Shown here piece by piece: positions 1 through 8,311 of a stretch of DNA of 18,843 bases. The position numbers and the translations under genes were made by a program. The notes below the pieces were generated by a model. It was not told the DNA's origin, did no database searches, and was given only the letters and a program-made list of their open reading frames with translations. Where the stretch lies: contig JBEKES010000015.1 of the NCBI GenBank assembly GCA_050013715.1, positions 1 to 18,843 on the forward strand, read 5' to 3'. Each line of letters begins with the position of its first letter. Within the stretch, counting starts at the first letter, position 1. The DNA comes from Candidatus Micrarchaeaceae archaeon (lineage in GTDB: Archaea; Micrarchaeota; Micrarchaeia; Micrarchaeales; Micrarchaeaceae).

Positions 1-80
1 TTAGTTAAGTATAAATAGTTATCTAATCTGAAAAACCGATATGGTTATATATTTCCAAAACAGAATGAAATGTTGATAAA

Positions 81-494
81 ATGAGACTTTTAAAAGAACT
101 CTCAAGGGGCAAATTAGACATGCATATAGATTCTGATACAATGATAGCCCCAGGAGTAGAAAAGAGATACGAATATTTTGATTTTGAGAAAGACCATGGC
201 TGTTATGCCAGAAGAATATTAATGAGAAATGATGAGTTCCGAAAATTAGAGGGCATGATCGAGAAGATTGAATTACATGAAAGGAGCCGTAACGGCGGTG
301 ACCCTAATTTTCCACAGATCAACTGCAGCTACACACCAAACCAAGGCGGCATTCTAGAGATAAGTGCCGGTGTATATTACGGCAGGGAAAGACATGAAAA
401 CGTGATTAGAGTTATTGATGAGACATCAGACATGTTTGATAAAAAACTGAGGGATCCGGAATTCCTAAGGCTGCCAGGTGTTTTAAGGCGATAA
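81..494 (+). CDS. hypothetical protein
   Basis: 137-aa ORF with TATA-like TTATATAT at ~45-52. Alternative ATG at 120. No recognisable motif. Its stop abuts the stop of the convergent gene. Confidence 0.65.
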   Translation: MRLLKELSRGKLDMHIDSDTMIAPGVEKRYEYFDFEKDHGCYARRILMRNDEFRKLEGMIEKIELHERSRNGGDPNFPQINCSYTPNQGGILEISAGVYYGRERHENVIRVIDETSDMFDKKLRDPEFLRLPGVLRR

Positions 495-968
495 TTATTT
501 TCTTCCTGATTTCTTGTTGCCTAATGCTTCATTTATTGAATATTTTGAAACTACCTTCGCCTTTATCTCTTCTATGTTCTTGTAATCCTTCTCATTTGCT
601 ATGTGCTCTATTTGCTTGAACTTGTTTGCGTAGGAATTGTAGGCAGATATCGCAGCTACGTATGCATCCCTTTCATGAACGTCCTTTATGCCAATTTGCC
701 TTGCAGCAATTCTTTTTTCTTCTATCTTGAAATCCCTTTCTGGAGAGAATAGCTTTGCATTGAAAACAGTATTTATCTTTTTTATTATTGCACTGGGCTC
801 TGGCTTGTCACCTGCAACTATTACAGGGGTTCCTATTCCGTTTATGGTGCTGGTGAGCCAGTCCATGCCTCCGAACATTTTGTGCTCTTTGAAAACAAGA
901 GTGCCGTTAAGATTGAGGCACACTATACCGCAGGTCTTTCCGGGATCTATTCCCACTATTAGATACAT
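495..968 (-). CDS. DUF460-family protein (RNase H-like fold), short stand-alone form
   Basis: N-terminal YLIVGIDPGKTCGIVCLNLNG and later HERDAYVAA motifs typical of archaeal DUF460. GGTG RBS just upstream of ATG. Confidence 0.8.
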   Translation of the reverse strand: MYLIVGIDPGKTCGIVCLNLNGTLVFKEHKMFGGMDWLTSTINGIGTPVIVAGDKPEPSAIIKKINTVFNAKLFSPERDFKIEEKRIAARQIGIKDVHERDAYVAAISAYNSYANKFKQIEHIANEKDYKNIEEIKAKVVSKYSINEALGNKKSGRK

Positions 969-977
969 CGCACCATT

Positions 978-2048
978 TTAGTTGTTGAGGTTATTCAACG
1001 AATAGTTTATCGCATAGGGAAGACTTTCCGGAAGCGTTGAGTATTTGCAGTTTACTATCACATAGGGAGTCGAGACTATATTGTAAAGGTTTGCAAATTG
1101 CGATTCGTAGTCCAGTCTTGTTGTGACGTTTTTCATGCAATTATTGAACGGCGTTATGCTCAGGTTTGAGCCAAGTACAACATCGTAGAGAGTCCCATTG
1201 CTCAGTGGAGTGCCTGTCCATGCCACGCTGAGATTGGAAAGGAATTGAGGGAAGTTCTTCTGGTTAGATGCACATGACAGGTATCTTCCGGCAAGCTGCG
1301 TTTGAACAGTTCCGAAGCTTGAATAGTAATGCTGCGAATACCCGCTGAATATGAAGAAGTAGCTCACGTTAACGCTGTTGGTATATGCTTTGCTCTCGTT
1401 TATAGCGGTGAAGAGCGTTTGTATTGCTCCCGGGGCATAGGGATCAGTTATCACATAGACAGGTATGGGCTTTGCGGTCCTGCACTCTATTTCATTGTAA
1501 AGGCTTACGGTGCCAAGTGAAACTACGCTGTTGTTGCTTGAGCCTGCTGGCTTCAGCGTTTGCAGGAATGAATTTGCAAGAGTAAGATTAGAGTCATATA
1601 GAATGAATGATATGTCGAACTTTTCGTTGTGAAGCAATGGATCAAGATAGGGTATTACCACAAGCCATTCCTTCTGATTGTTAAGGTAGCTTGCGCTTGA
1701 CTGGTTTACCAATGAATAATAGGGAACAAGCGACAGTGAAGTATTGACGCTCGAATAGGCAGCAAGGTAATGCTCCGCAGCATTGAGCGCCTGCGCAGAT
1801 GTATGTATTGAATTGGTGCTTGAGCTTGAATTGCAGATTGAGTTGGTCGTGCTGTTCTGGCAGCTCGTTATTATGGTGCCCTGCTTGAATGTGCTTAATG
1901 CAAATGCAAGTGCTATGAGTATTATGACAAGTGCTATGAGTATTATGTGCATGTAGTCAAGGCCAAAGTTCTTGAGCGCTGGTTTCACTATGAATGCAGG
2001 CTCCTTGCTATTGAGCTTTGTTGTCTTTTCTTTCTCATTTTTCGCCAT
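978..2048 (-). CDS. membrane-anchored DsbA/thioredoxin-fold protein lacking the CxxC motif
   Basis: N-terminal TM helix. VYVITDPYAPGA sits at the usual DPxCPxC position, and NIVSTPYVIVNCKY matches the cis-Pro TP motif. Start reset to ATG 2048 (GGTGA 4 nt upstream) because the track start 2084 lies inside the tRNA. Confidence 0.7.
   Translation of the reverse strand: MAKNEKEKTTKLNSKEPAFIVKPALKNFGLDYMHIILIALVIILIALAFALSTFKQGTIITSCQNSTTNSICNSSSSTNSIHTSAQALNAAEHYLAAYSSVNTSLSLVPYYSLVNQSSASYLNNQKEWLVVIPYLDPLLHNEKFDISFILYDSNLTLANSFLQTLKPAGSSNNSVVSLGTVSLYNEIECRTAKPIPVYVITDPYAPGAIQTLFTAINESKAYTNSVNVSYFFIFSGYSQHYYSSFGTVQTQLAGRYLSCASNQKNFPQFLSNLSVAWTGTPLSNGTLYDVVLGSNLSITPFNNCMKNVTTRLDYESQFANLYNIVSTPYVIVNCKYSTLPESLPYAINYSLNNLNN
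1907..1947. repeat. tandem duplication of CAAGTGCTATGAGTATTATG (2 copies, 21-nt period)
   Basis: Exact 20-nt copies at 1907-1926 and 1928-1947, encoding IILIAL-V-IILIAL in the TM helix. Confidence 0.9.
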
Positions 2049-2063
2049 GTTTTCACCAATAAA

Positions 2064-2170
2064 CGGGCCTGGTGGGATTTTCAAAACTTTTGACTAACCT
2101 AAAAGCTTATTTGAACCCACGACCTTCACCTTAGGAGGATGCCGCTCTATCCAAGCTGAGCTACAGGCCC
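2064..2170 (-). tRNA. tRNA-Arg(CCT) with T-loop intron; exons 2170-2110 and 2077-2064
   Basis: Acceptor GGGCCTG/CAGGCCC, D-stem GCTC/GAGC, anticodon loop CT-CCT-AA, T-stem GTGGG/CCCAC. T-loop TTCAAAT is restored after removing 32 nt. Discriminator G, no encoded CCA. Confidence 0.95.
2078..2109 (-). other. 32-nt archaeal tRNA intron at position 59/60 with bulge-helix-bulge motif
   Basis: Outer helix GTGGG/CCCAC, central 4-bp helix TTCA/TGAA, two 3-nt AAT bulges, inner helix AAGCTTTT/AAAAGTTT. Confidence 0.92.
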
Positions 2171-2199
2171 TCAACATCTAAAGATTATCTGCATTGTAT

Positions 2200-2207
2200 T
2201 ATTAATA
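2200..2207 (-). promoter_or_regulatory. probable TATA box of tRNA-Arg
   Basis: TATTAATA about 30 nt upstream of tRNA position 1. Confidence 0.5.
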
Positions 2208-2331
2208 CTTTATTCATCATGCAATTTTAAAGGATTTTGTTGCTCAATGACAATATAACGCTTCTGGATTATTTACCTAATTTATAATTATCAATAAATA
2301 GGTATAATCCTATACTTACATGGCGGTGCGT

Positions 2332-3183
2332 ATGCCTTCATTGGAATTGATCGATGTTAGTTCGGGGTACAATGGCAAGAACGTATTGCATGATATAAGT
2401 TTTAGGGCAAAGGAATCATCAGTATATGTCGTATTGGGACCCAATGGAGCAGGCAAAACTACTCTTTTCAGAACCATTGCAGGGATTCTCGAACACAGCT
2501 CTGGAAAAGTATTATTGAATGGGAAAGACATATCAGACAAGGAAATGAAAGGTCAGATAAATTACCTATCGCATTACAACGCATTGCCGGAAGAAATGAC
2601 AGTATATCAAGCATTGAAATTTTATTCCGATATAGAAGGAGGGAATCCGGATAAAGTAATTGAATTGTTGAACCTGCAAGAACTAAAGAACAAAAGGATA
2701 TCTGATTTGTCCCAGGGCCAGAAGAAAAGAGTATCCATAGGAAAAGTATTCCTAAAGGAGAGACAGCTTTACCTACTTGATGAGCCAACGGCGAACCTTG
2801 ACCCTGGTTTGTCAAAAGAAATCAGGGATATAATACTAAAACTAAGCAAGGACAAGCTTGTGCTGTATTCATCGCACAATCTCTATGAAGCAAGCGATAT
2901 AGGAAGCAACATAATCTTGATAAAGGATGGAAAACTCGCAATGTTCGACAAGATTGCAAACGTAAGGTCCAAAGATTACCGTGTTGGCATAAGGGCAAAC
3001 AAAGACATCAGCAAGATCGTGAATGCCAAGAAAGGTGAAAGCGGCTACTATATACTCACGGTTGCAAGTCCAAAAGAGGCAGGTCTTGCACTCCAGAAGA
3101 TAGTCAAAGAGGGCATACTTGTAACAGAAATGAGAGAGCTGGACAATCCATTGCAGGAATTGTTCGGCAAAGAGGGCACATGA
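2332..3183 (+). CDS. ABC transporter ATP-binding protein (ABC-2/exporter type)
   Basis: Walker A GPNGAGKT, signature LSQGQ, Walker B LLDE, H-loop SSH. ATG 2332 has GGTG upstream (track start 2320 also possible). Confidence 0.95.
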   Translation: MPSLELIDVSSGYNGKNVLHDISFRAKESSVYVVLGPNGAGKTTLFRTIAGILEHSSGKVLLNGKDISDKEMKGQINYLSHYNALPEEMTVYQALKFYSDIEGGNPDKVIELLNLQELKNKRISDLSQGQKKRVSIGKVFLKERQLYLLDEPTANLDPGLSKEIRDIILKLSKDKLVLYSSHNLYEASDIGSNIILIKDGKLAMFDKIANVRSKDYRVGIRANKDISKIVNAKKGESGYYILTVASPKEAGLALQKIVKEGILVTEMRELDNPLQELFGKEGT

Positions 3184-3184
3184 C

Positions 3185-3949
3185 ATGAACAGTACCATTA
3201 CCACAGCCAGGAGGGCTTTTGGGATCAGCAAAATTTACATAGTAATTGCGATAGTCTTCACCATTATTGCCATTACCGTATGGAATCCTGGAATTTACCA
3301 GCAGATCAATTCAAAAAACAGCACGGTATCAAATTCGCTTACAAACAATACAATAGCGCTCAATAGTACTTCTGCTGGCAGGAATGCGACCCAGTTTTCA
3401 GGGATTTCTCTAATTGCTGTGCCGCTTGATATCGTGCCAGTGCTCATGATAATAACTCCAGTAATATTGCTGTTTGTTTACGACAAAAATAATGGGGTTC
3501 TCGAATACTTCCTTTCCATTGGTAAAACCCAAAAGGACATATACATGCAATATCTCAAGGCTGCTCTACTTCTAGCATCAGTGTATTTGCTGATATTCGT
3601 TCCAGCAGATATGATCTATACTCGTTTAACATATGGCGCCATCCCAGCCAACAATTTTACACTAATACCTTTGGTAGTAATTCCTTTTGCATTTGCAGTT
3701 GTTGCATTCATGACCACTTGCATGATGGCATTTAGCACTCTGCAAAAAACCAGGGCAGGAAGCAATCAGCCACTTGGACTTATCATAGGATGGGTGAGCA
3801 CCGCACCGGGATATTTAGTTGCTTTTGTATTGTCATTCACAATTGGGATATATGCAGATCTCTCAATTGCCGCAATAATAGCGGCAATCTCCTTGGCCAT
3901 GCTGATTTCATCGGACAAGCTGATAAAAAGAGAAAAATTATTGCCATAG
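3185..3949 (+). CDS. ABC-2 type transporter permease
   Basis: About 6 hydrophobic helices and a YDKNNGVLEYFLS motif resembling ABC-2 permease ExxxGxLExLL. Starts 1 nt after the ATPase stop. Confidence 0.85.
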   Translation: MNSTITTARRAFGISKIYIVIAIVFTIIAITVWNPGIYQQINSKNSTVSNSLTNNTIALNSTSAGRNATQFSGISLIAVPLDIVPVLMIITPVILLFVYDKNNGVLEYFLSIGKTQKDIYMQYLKAALLLASVYLLIFVPADMIYTRLTYGAIPANNFTLIPLVVIPFAFAVVAFMTTCMMAFSTLQKTRAGSNQPLGLIIGWVSTAPGYLVAFVLSFTIGIYADLSIAAIIAAISLAMLISSDKLIKREKLLP

Positions 3950-3951
3950 TA

Positions 3952-5835
3952 TTACATTCTTTCCAATGCATCTATGCCGAGCAGTCCAAGCATTATCTTC
4001 ATGCTGTTCTTGAATGCGAGAGTAAGCTTTAATCTGAAGATCTTTTCCTCGTTTGAATCAGCCTTAAGTATTTTGGAGCTTTCATAAAAAGCTGCAAACG
4101 CATAGGCCAGGTCGTTTATGTACTCGGTAATTATATTAGGCCTCAGTTCCTGCGCCGCTTTTTCTGCAATTATACTAATTCTTGAAAGGCATTTTACCAG
4201 TGCGAATTCCTGCTCCGTTATTGCAGGCATATCTGAAAGATTTTTGTTCATAAACTCTTTCGGCGCCTCTTCCAATATTCTAGTTGCTCTTGCATGCATG
4301 TATTGAGCATACGGGCCTGAATTGCCTTCGAAGCTGAGTGCCCATTCCCATGAGAAGGTCATATTCTTCTCGGGTGCAACTTTAAGGAACTCGAATTTTA
4401 TCGCGCTTAGCGCCACAGCCTCTGAAACTTTCTTCTGTTCTTCTGGAGTTAGTTTCAACTTTGAGCCTATCAAGGTTCTTGCCTTTGTAATCGCTTCTTC
4501 AAGCACATCATCGGCAGTGTTGCCTATCCATGTTCCCTTCCTTCCTGCAAGTGCCCCTTCCTCAAGCTCCACTCTTCCATAGGCAAGATGTATTATGTTA
4601 TTAGCTACATCGTCCTTGCCCATGCCTCTGAATGCGAGCTTAAGCATTTCCTGTGGATGGCTCTGCCTGTTGTCTATTATGTTTATTGCGCGCTGCATGT
4701 TTCCGAAGTCCATCTTTGCTCCGGTTTGCGAAGTGCTGTAAAGCGGCAATCCGTTGTCCTGTTTTTCCATGAACTTGATGTATTTGAATTGGTGGTCCAA
4801 TACCCCTAATTTCCACATGTGGAAGGCTATGTCTTTTGCAACGTATGTAGGTGCACCATTGCTTCTTACAAGAACTTTTGTACTTTCCTTCAAGCCCTGG
4901 AATTCTTTTGGTATATTCTTGATCTTATTCAAATCCATTACAATGCAGTCTTTGTATTCACCATCTTTTGCCTTTTCTATGAATCCTGACTGCAAAAGCA
5001 TGTGCATTGCACTTTCAAAGATTTTGTCCTTTACAATGTCGCTTTCCCATACCATCACATCATGATATATTTTGTAGTTGAAAAGCGTCTCGTACTGGGC
5101 CCTGACACATCCCTCAGCTACTTCCCTTGTTATTTTCGATTCGTAGGTTCCATCCTGCTCTATCAGTTGCGTTAAGGCTGAAAGCTCCGTCTTTATGTCA
5201 TGAAGCTCCATGTGCTTGTTTGCAGCCACATAAAGTTTGCCAAGTCTGTGATCGAATTTCTTATCGTTTATTTCCGGCATTTGTTCTGCAAGGTTCAGGT
5301 ATCCCCACATTGCCTGCACCATCTGGAGTCCGAAATCATCTATGTAATCCTCGCGTTCGACTTTGTAGTTGCATGCCTCACATATTTTGGATATAGAATC
5401 ACCAAGAAGCGCATTTCTTAACTGACCAACATGCAAAGGATGTATCGGATTTGCGCTTGTATATTCTATTATCACTTTTTCGTTTTTACCAATCTCTGAT
5501 AATTTATTATCTTTTCCAGTAATTGACATATCAAGAACATTTCTGCTGAATTCATTTTTATCGAGATGGAAATTTATAAAACCTTTTTCAACTGTTATTT
5601 TTTCAACGCATTCTATTTTTCCAATTTTTCCCTTTATCTCATTTGCAATCAAATTTGGATCCTTGTTGTGCAGCTTTGCCAGTCTGAATGATATGGAAGA
5701 TGAGATATCACCAAACGCCTTCGAGAAGTCAACACTGTTTTCCAGATTTTCGGTCTTATAACCAGATTCTTTAATTGCATTGGCTAGACCTGCGCAGATT
5801 TCAGATTTTACTTTTAAATAACTTGAATTTGACAT
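3952..5835 (-). CDS. argS: arginine--tRNA ligase
   Basis: EYTSANPIHPLHVGQLRN (HIGH motif), RSNGAPTYVAKDIA, GRKG, GNSGPYAQYMHAR and a DALR-like C-terminus ending ERM. Confidence 0.97.
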   Translation of the reverse strand: MSNSSYLKVKSEICAGLANAIKESGYKTENLENSVDFSKAFGDISSSISFRLAKLHNKDPNLIANEIKGKIGKIECVEKITVEKGFINFHLDKNEFSRNVLDMSITGKDNKLSEIGKNEKVIIEYTSANPIHPLHVGQLRNALLGDSISKICEACNYKVEREDYIDDFGLQMVQAMWGYLNLAEQMPEINDKKFDHRLGKLYVAANKHMELHDIKTELSALTQLIEQDGTYESKITREVAEGCVRAQYETLFNYKIYHDVMVWESDIVKDKIFESAMHMLLQSGFIEKAKDGEYKDCIVMDLNKIKNIPKEFQGLKESTKVLVRSNGAPTYVAKDIAFHMWKLGVLDHQFKYIKFMEKQDNGLPLYSTSQTGAKMDFGNMQRAINIIDNRQSHPQEMLKLAFRGMGKDDVANNIIHLAYGRVELEEGALAGRKGTWIGNTADDVLEEAITKARTLIGSKLKLTPEEQKKVSEAVALSAIKFEFLKVAPEKNMTFSWEWALSFEGNSGPYAQYMHARATRILEEAPKEFMNKNLSDMPAITEQEFALVKCLSRISIIAEKAAQELRPNIITEYINDLAYAFAAFYESSKILKADSNEEKIFRLKLTLAFKNSMKIMLGLLGIDALERM

Positions 5836-5839
5836 TTTC

Positions 5840-6295
5840 TTACCTTTTGAAATTTTCCTCGAATAATCTATCTACTACATAGAAATTATTCCCTATCTCA
5901 AAGCCAAATTTCTTAATGTATTTTAACATTTGTTTGTTATTGTTTCTTATGAAACCTTGGGCATATACTACGCCTATCTTTTTTAATCTAGCCAAAGTTT
6001 GATCCATAAGCTGATTACCTATTCCTTTTTTACGATACTTAGGTAATACCGCGGCACTATCCAACAGTGCCCATTTTTTGAAATGTACATACGTAAGTGC
6101 GAAACCGACAACTTTATTATTTGATTCAGCAACAAGCAATACGTCGTCTTTTTTGTATTTCAGCCACTCCTCCAGTGCATCTTTCGGATACCAAGTGCCA
6201 TAATCATCTGAAGAGTAGAATTCTTCTGTTTTTATGCCTAATCTGTAAACTGCCCCTACATCTTTCAAATTCATATTTCTTATCTTGACATTCAT
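5840..6295 (-). CDS. GNAT family N-acetyltransferase
   Basis: Motif A VLPKYRKKGIG, plus LLVAE..KVVGF and NN...Y.KFGF. Ends 4 nt before the argS start. Confidence 0.9.
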   Translation of the reverse strand: MNVKIRNMNLKDVGAVYRLGIKTEEFYSSDDYGTWYPKDALEEWLKYKKDDVLLVAESNNKVVGFALTYVHFKKWALLDSAAVLPKYRKKGIGNQLMDQTLARLKKIGVVYAQGFIRNNNKQMLKYIKKFGFEIGNNFYVVDRLFEENFKR

Positions 6296-6388
6296 GCAAT
6301 CATTTTATAATCGTAATTCAAAACTATTTTAAGCCTTCTATGCTATAATATAATAAGAATACTTATTATAGATTTATCAGGTAATGAG

Positions 6389-7306
6389 ATGCCAAAAGTT
6401 TACAAATCAAAAACTAACAAGCTTATAGTGACAATACCATATGACGTCATAGATGCACTTGGCATAAAGGATGGAGACGATCTTGACTTTCTAAAATACG
6501 GCGAGAATACATACATAGTTGCAAAGAAGAATGACCTTGTTAATCTGCTTACCAAGGGAAAAGCAGAAGAGCCAAAACCAAGCTATAGGGCAGCTGTTGT
6601 ACCTTCAACAAAAGGAGGAATGACAATTGATCCTAGAGAGCTTGCAGTTTTAAAGAAGCTTGATACATTGCGATACAACGAAAGGACAAGCACCAAAGTG
6701 AATACAATACTCAATACAAGCGAGAAAGAAATACTTCAAACGCTTATAAAGAAAGGTATGGTTTCATTATTCAAGAAAGCGGGCGAAAAGGAAATGAAGT
6801 ACGGAATACAGAAAAGTGTGTATGATAATTTCCTTTACAGAAAGAACATGGCAAATCCGCAACCATCAGCTGCTCAACCAAATCAATCGAAATCAAAGAC
6901 TCAGCAGATCATGCAGGCAAATACAAGGATAGGAGGGCAGAGAGCATGGGAGAGCAAGCTCAACGAGAATGATGCTTATGTTGATATTCTTGAATCGAAG
7001 GGCTTTGTTGTCCTAAACAACGAGGCGGAGGCATCAATGGTTTCATCTGCACTGGAAGAAAGCATAAGACAAGGTCTTGTTGTTGGAACAAGGGCATTCA
7101 ACAAGAAGTTCTATATAGGACTTAGAGGATTCATTAACAAGCACGCGGCAAAAATACTGAAGCTAATTGACCAGAAGAATATGGACGTGGAAGACATAGC
7201 AAAGGAGATGAGCCTTGAAGAGGATGGAGTAAGGACAATATTATACGTGCTTTCGGAAAGTGGAGATGTCACAGAAGTAAGAAGAGACATATTCAGAGCA
7301 GCATAA
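6389..7306 (+). CDS. AbrB/SpoVT-like N-terminal domain protein with winged-helix-like domains
   Basis: N-terminal LIVTIPYDVIDALGIKDGDDLDF (AbrB pattern). C-terminal ILKLI...VEDIAKEMSL..DGVRTILYVLSESGDV is wHTH-like. Confidence 0.75.
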   Translation: MPKVYKSKTNKLIVTIPYDVIDALGIKDGDDLDFLKYGENTYIVAKKNDLVNLLTKGKAEEPKPSYRAAVVPSTKGGMTIDPRELAVLKKLDTLRYNERTSTKVNTILNTSEKEILQTLIKKGMVSLFKKAGEKEMKYGIQKSVYDNFLYRKNMANPQPSAAQPNQSKSKTQQIMQANTRIGGQRAWESKLNENDAYVDILESKGFVVLNNEAEASMVSSALEESIRQGLVVGTRAFNKKFYIGLRGFINKHAAKILKLIDQKNMDVEDIAKEMSLEEDGVRTILYVLSESGDVTEVRRDIFRAA

Positions 7307-7336
7307 TTAGGTATGATTCCTTCTTCAAACAGATTA

Positions 7337-8056
7337 TTATTGCAAATCATTTGAGATAATATACGCTATTTTTGATTCTGAGGAGTTACCCATAACACCT
7401 GCTGATACAAAATAATTGCCTTTTAATCCAAAAATCGCAGTAAATTTAATACCTTTAATCGTATTTGTATAGTTATAAAATGAGTATGTCATGCCATTTG
7501 ATGTTGCATTCGTAAAGTTCCTTGAGTTTGTGTAATTTTTAAAACTGATTTCTGGAGTAGAAGATTGAAATATTAGCTCATAAATATTGTAACTTTGATT
7601 CTTATTATAGGAAACTACCCAGACACCAGTCAGATTGAGAGCACCATAAATTTGGTTATAATTAGATTCTTCTTTGAGATATTTTATGACATTAGCACCA
7701 TTATTTTCACCAGTAGCACAATAGGTACCATTTATACCAAGAATTAACTTGGCTTCCTGTTCACTTAGGTAAATACCGTTAGGACCACCTCCATTATTTG
7801 TGTAGTTTTGTGGTTGAAGCCAATCTGAAGAGCAGATGTTGCCATAGGATGCATTGCCGCTAGGTGCTATAGTAGTATAGAAAGTGGTTGAGGTAGGTAT
7901 GGTATAAGTACTTGAAACATTTATGTTGTAAGTTGTTTTTCCCTTAGATAATGATTCTGTACTGTTTTTGTATAACAGCACAGCAACAAATATTATAATT
8001 ATTATTGCCAATACAACAAAGACAAGCAATTTGGAATTTTTGTTCTTCAAATTCAC
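7337..8056 (-). CDS. membrane-anchored surface/secreted protein
   Basis: Basic N-terminus, single TM helix, Thr-rich linker and many N-x-S/T sequons. GTG start. Confidence 0.75.
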   Translation of the reverse strand: MNLKNKNSKLLVFVVLAIIIIIFVAVLLYKNSTESLSKGKTTYNINVSSTYTIPTSTTFYTTIAPSGNASYGNICSSDWLQPQNYTNNGGGPNGIYLSEQEAKLILGINGTYCATGENNGANVIKYLKEESNYNQIYGALNLTGVWVVSYNKNQSYNIYELIFQSSTPEISFKNYTNSRNFTNATSNGMTYSFYNYTNTIKGIKFTAIFGLKGNYFVSAGVMGNSSESKIAYIISNDLQ

Positions 8057-8082
8057 TTCGCCTAGTTATTATGTAATTAATT

Positions 8083-8238
8083 TTATACAAAGAGGAAGTG
8101 ATCAGCTACGAGTATCACTATCGTGAATGCTATTACTACTACCAATATCAGCTTTGGGTTTATCTTTGGCCCCTTGCTTGGCGCGTCGTAGAAGCTTGTT
8201 ACCCCAGCTGAGCTTTGCGGAGTGAATAGTCCTGGCAT
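8083..8238 (-). CDS. secG: preprotein translocase subunit Sec61beta (archaeal SecG), 51 aa; absent from ORF track
   Basis: Manual translation MPGLFTPQSSAGVTSFYDAPSKGPKINPKLILVVVIAFTIVILVADHFLFV* has the SAG..FYD, KI.P and C-terminal TM pattern of Sec61beta. Confidence 0.9.
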   Translation of the reverse strand: MPGLFTPQSSAGVTSFYDAPSKGPKINPKLILVVVIAFTIVILVADHFLFV

Positions 8239-8311
8239 AAATACCAATACTATTATTTCATAAAAGACTTTAATATCTTTGCTTCTTTATGTTTATAATC
8301 ATGGTGCTTAT

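Noticed and set aside
2049..2084. ORF-track N-terminal extension MKIPPGPFIGEN
   Set aside because: It lies inside the tRNA-Arg 3' exon and intron; ATG 2048 has a clear GGTGA RBS.
2064..5835. Functional link between tRNA-Arg and nearby argS
   Set aside because: They are separated by an oppositely oriented ABC operon; proximity alone is not evidence.
5869..5875. TATCTAC, complementary to the acceptor strand of the tRNA 5' fragment
   Set aside because: It lies inside the GNAT gene with no preceding T-arm; a chance 7-mer.
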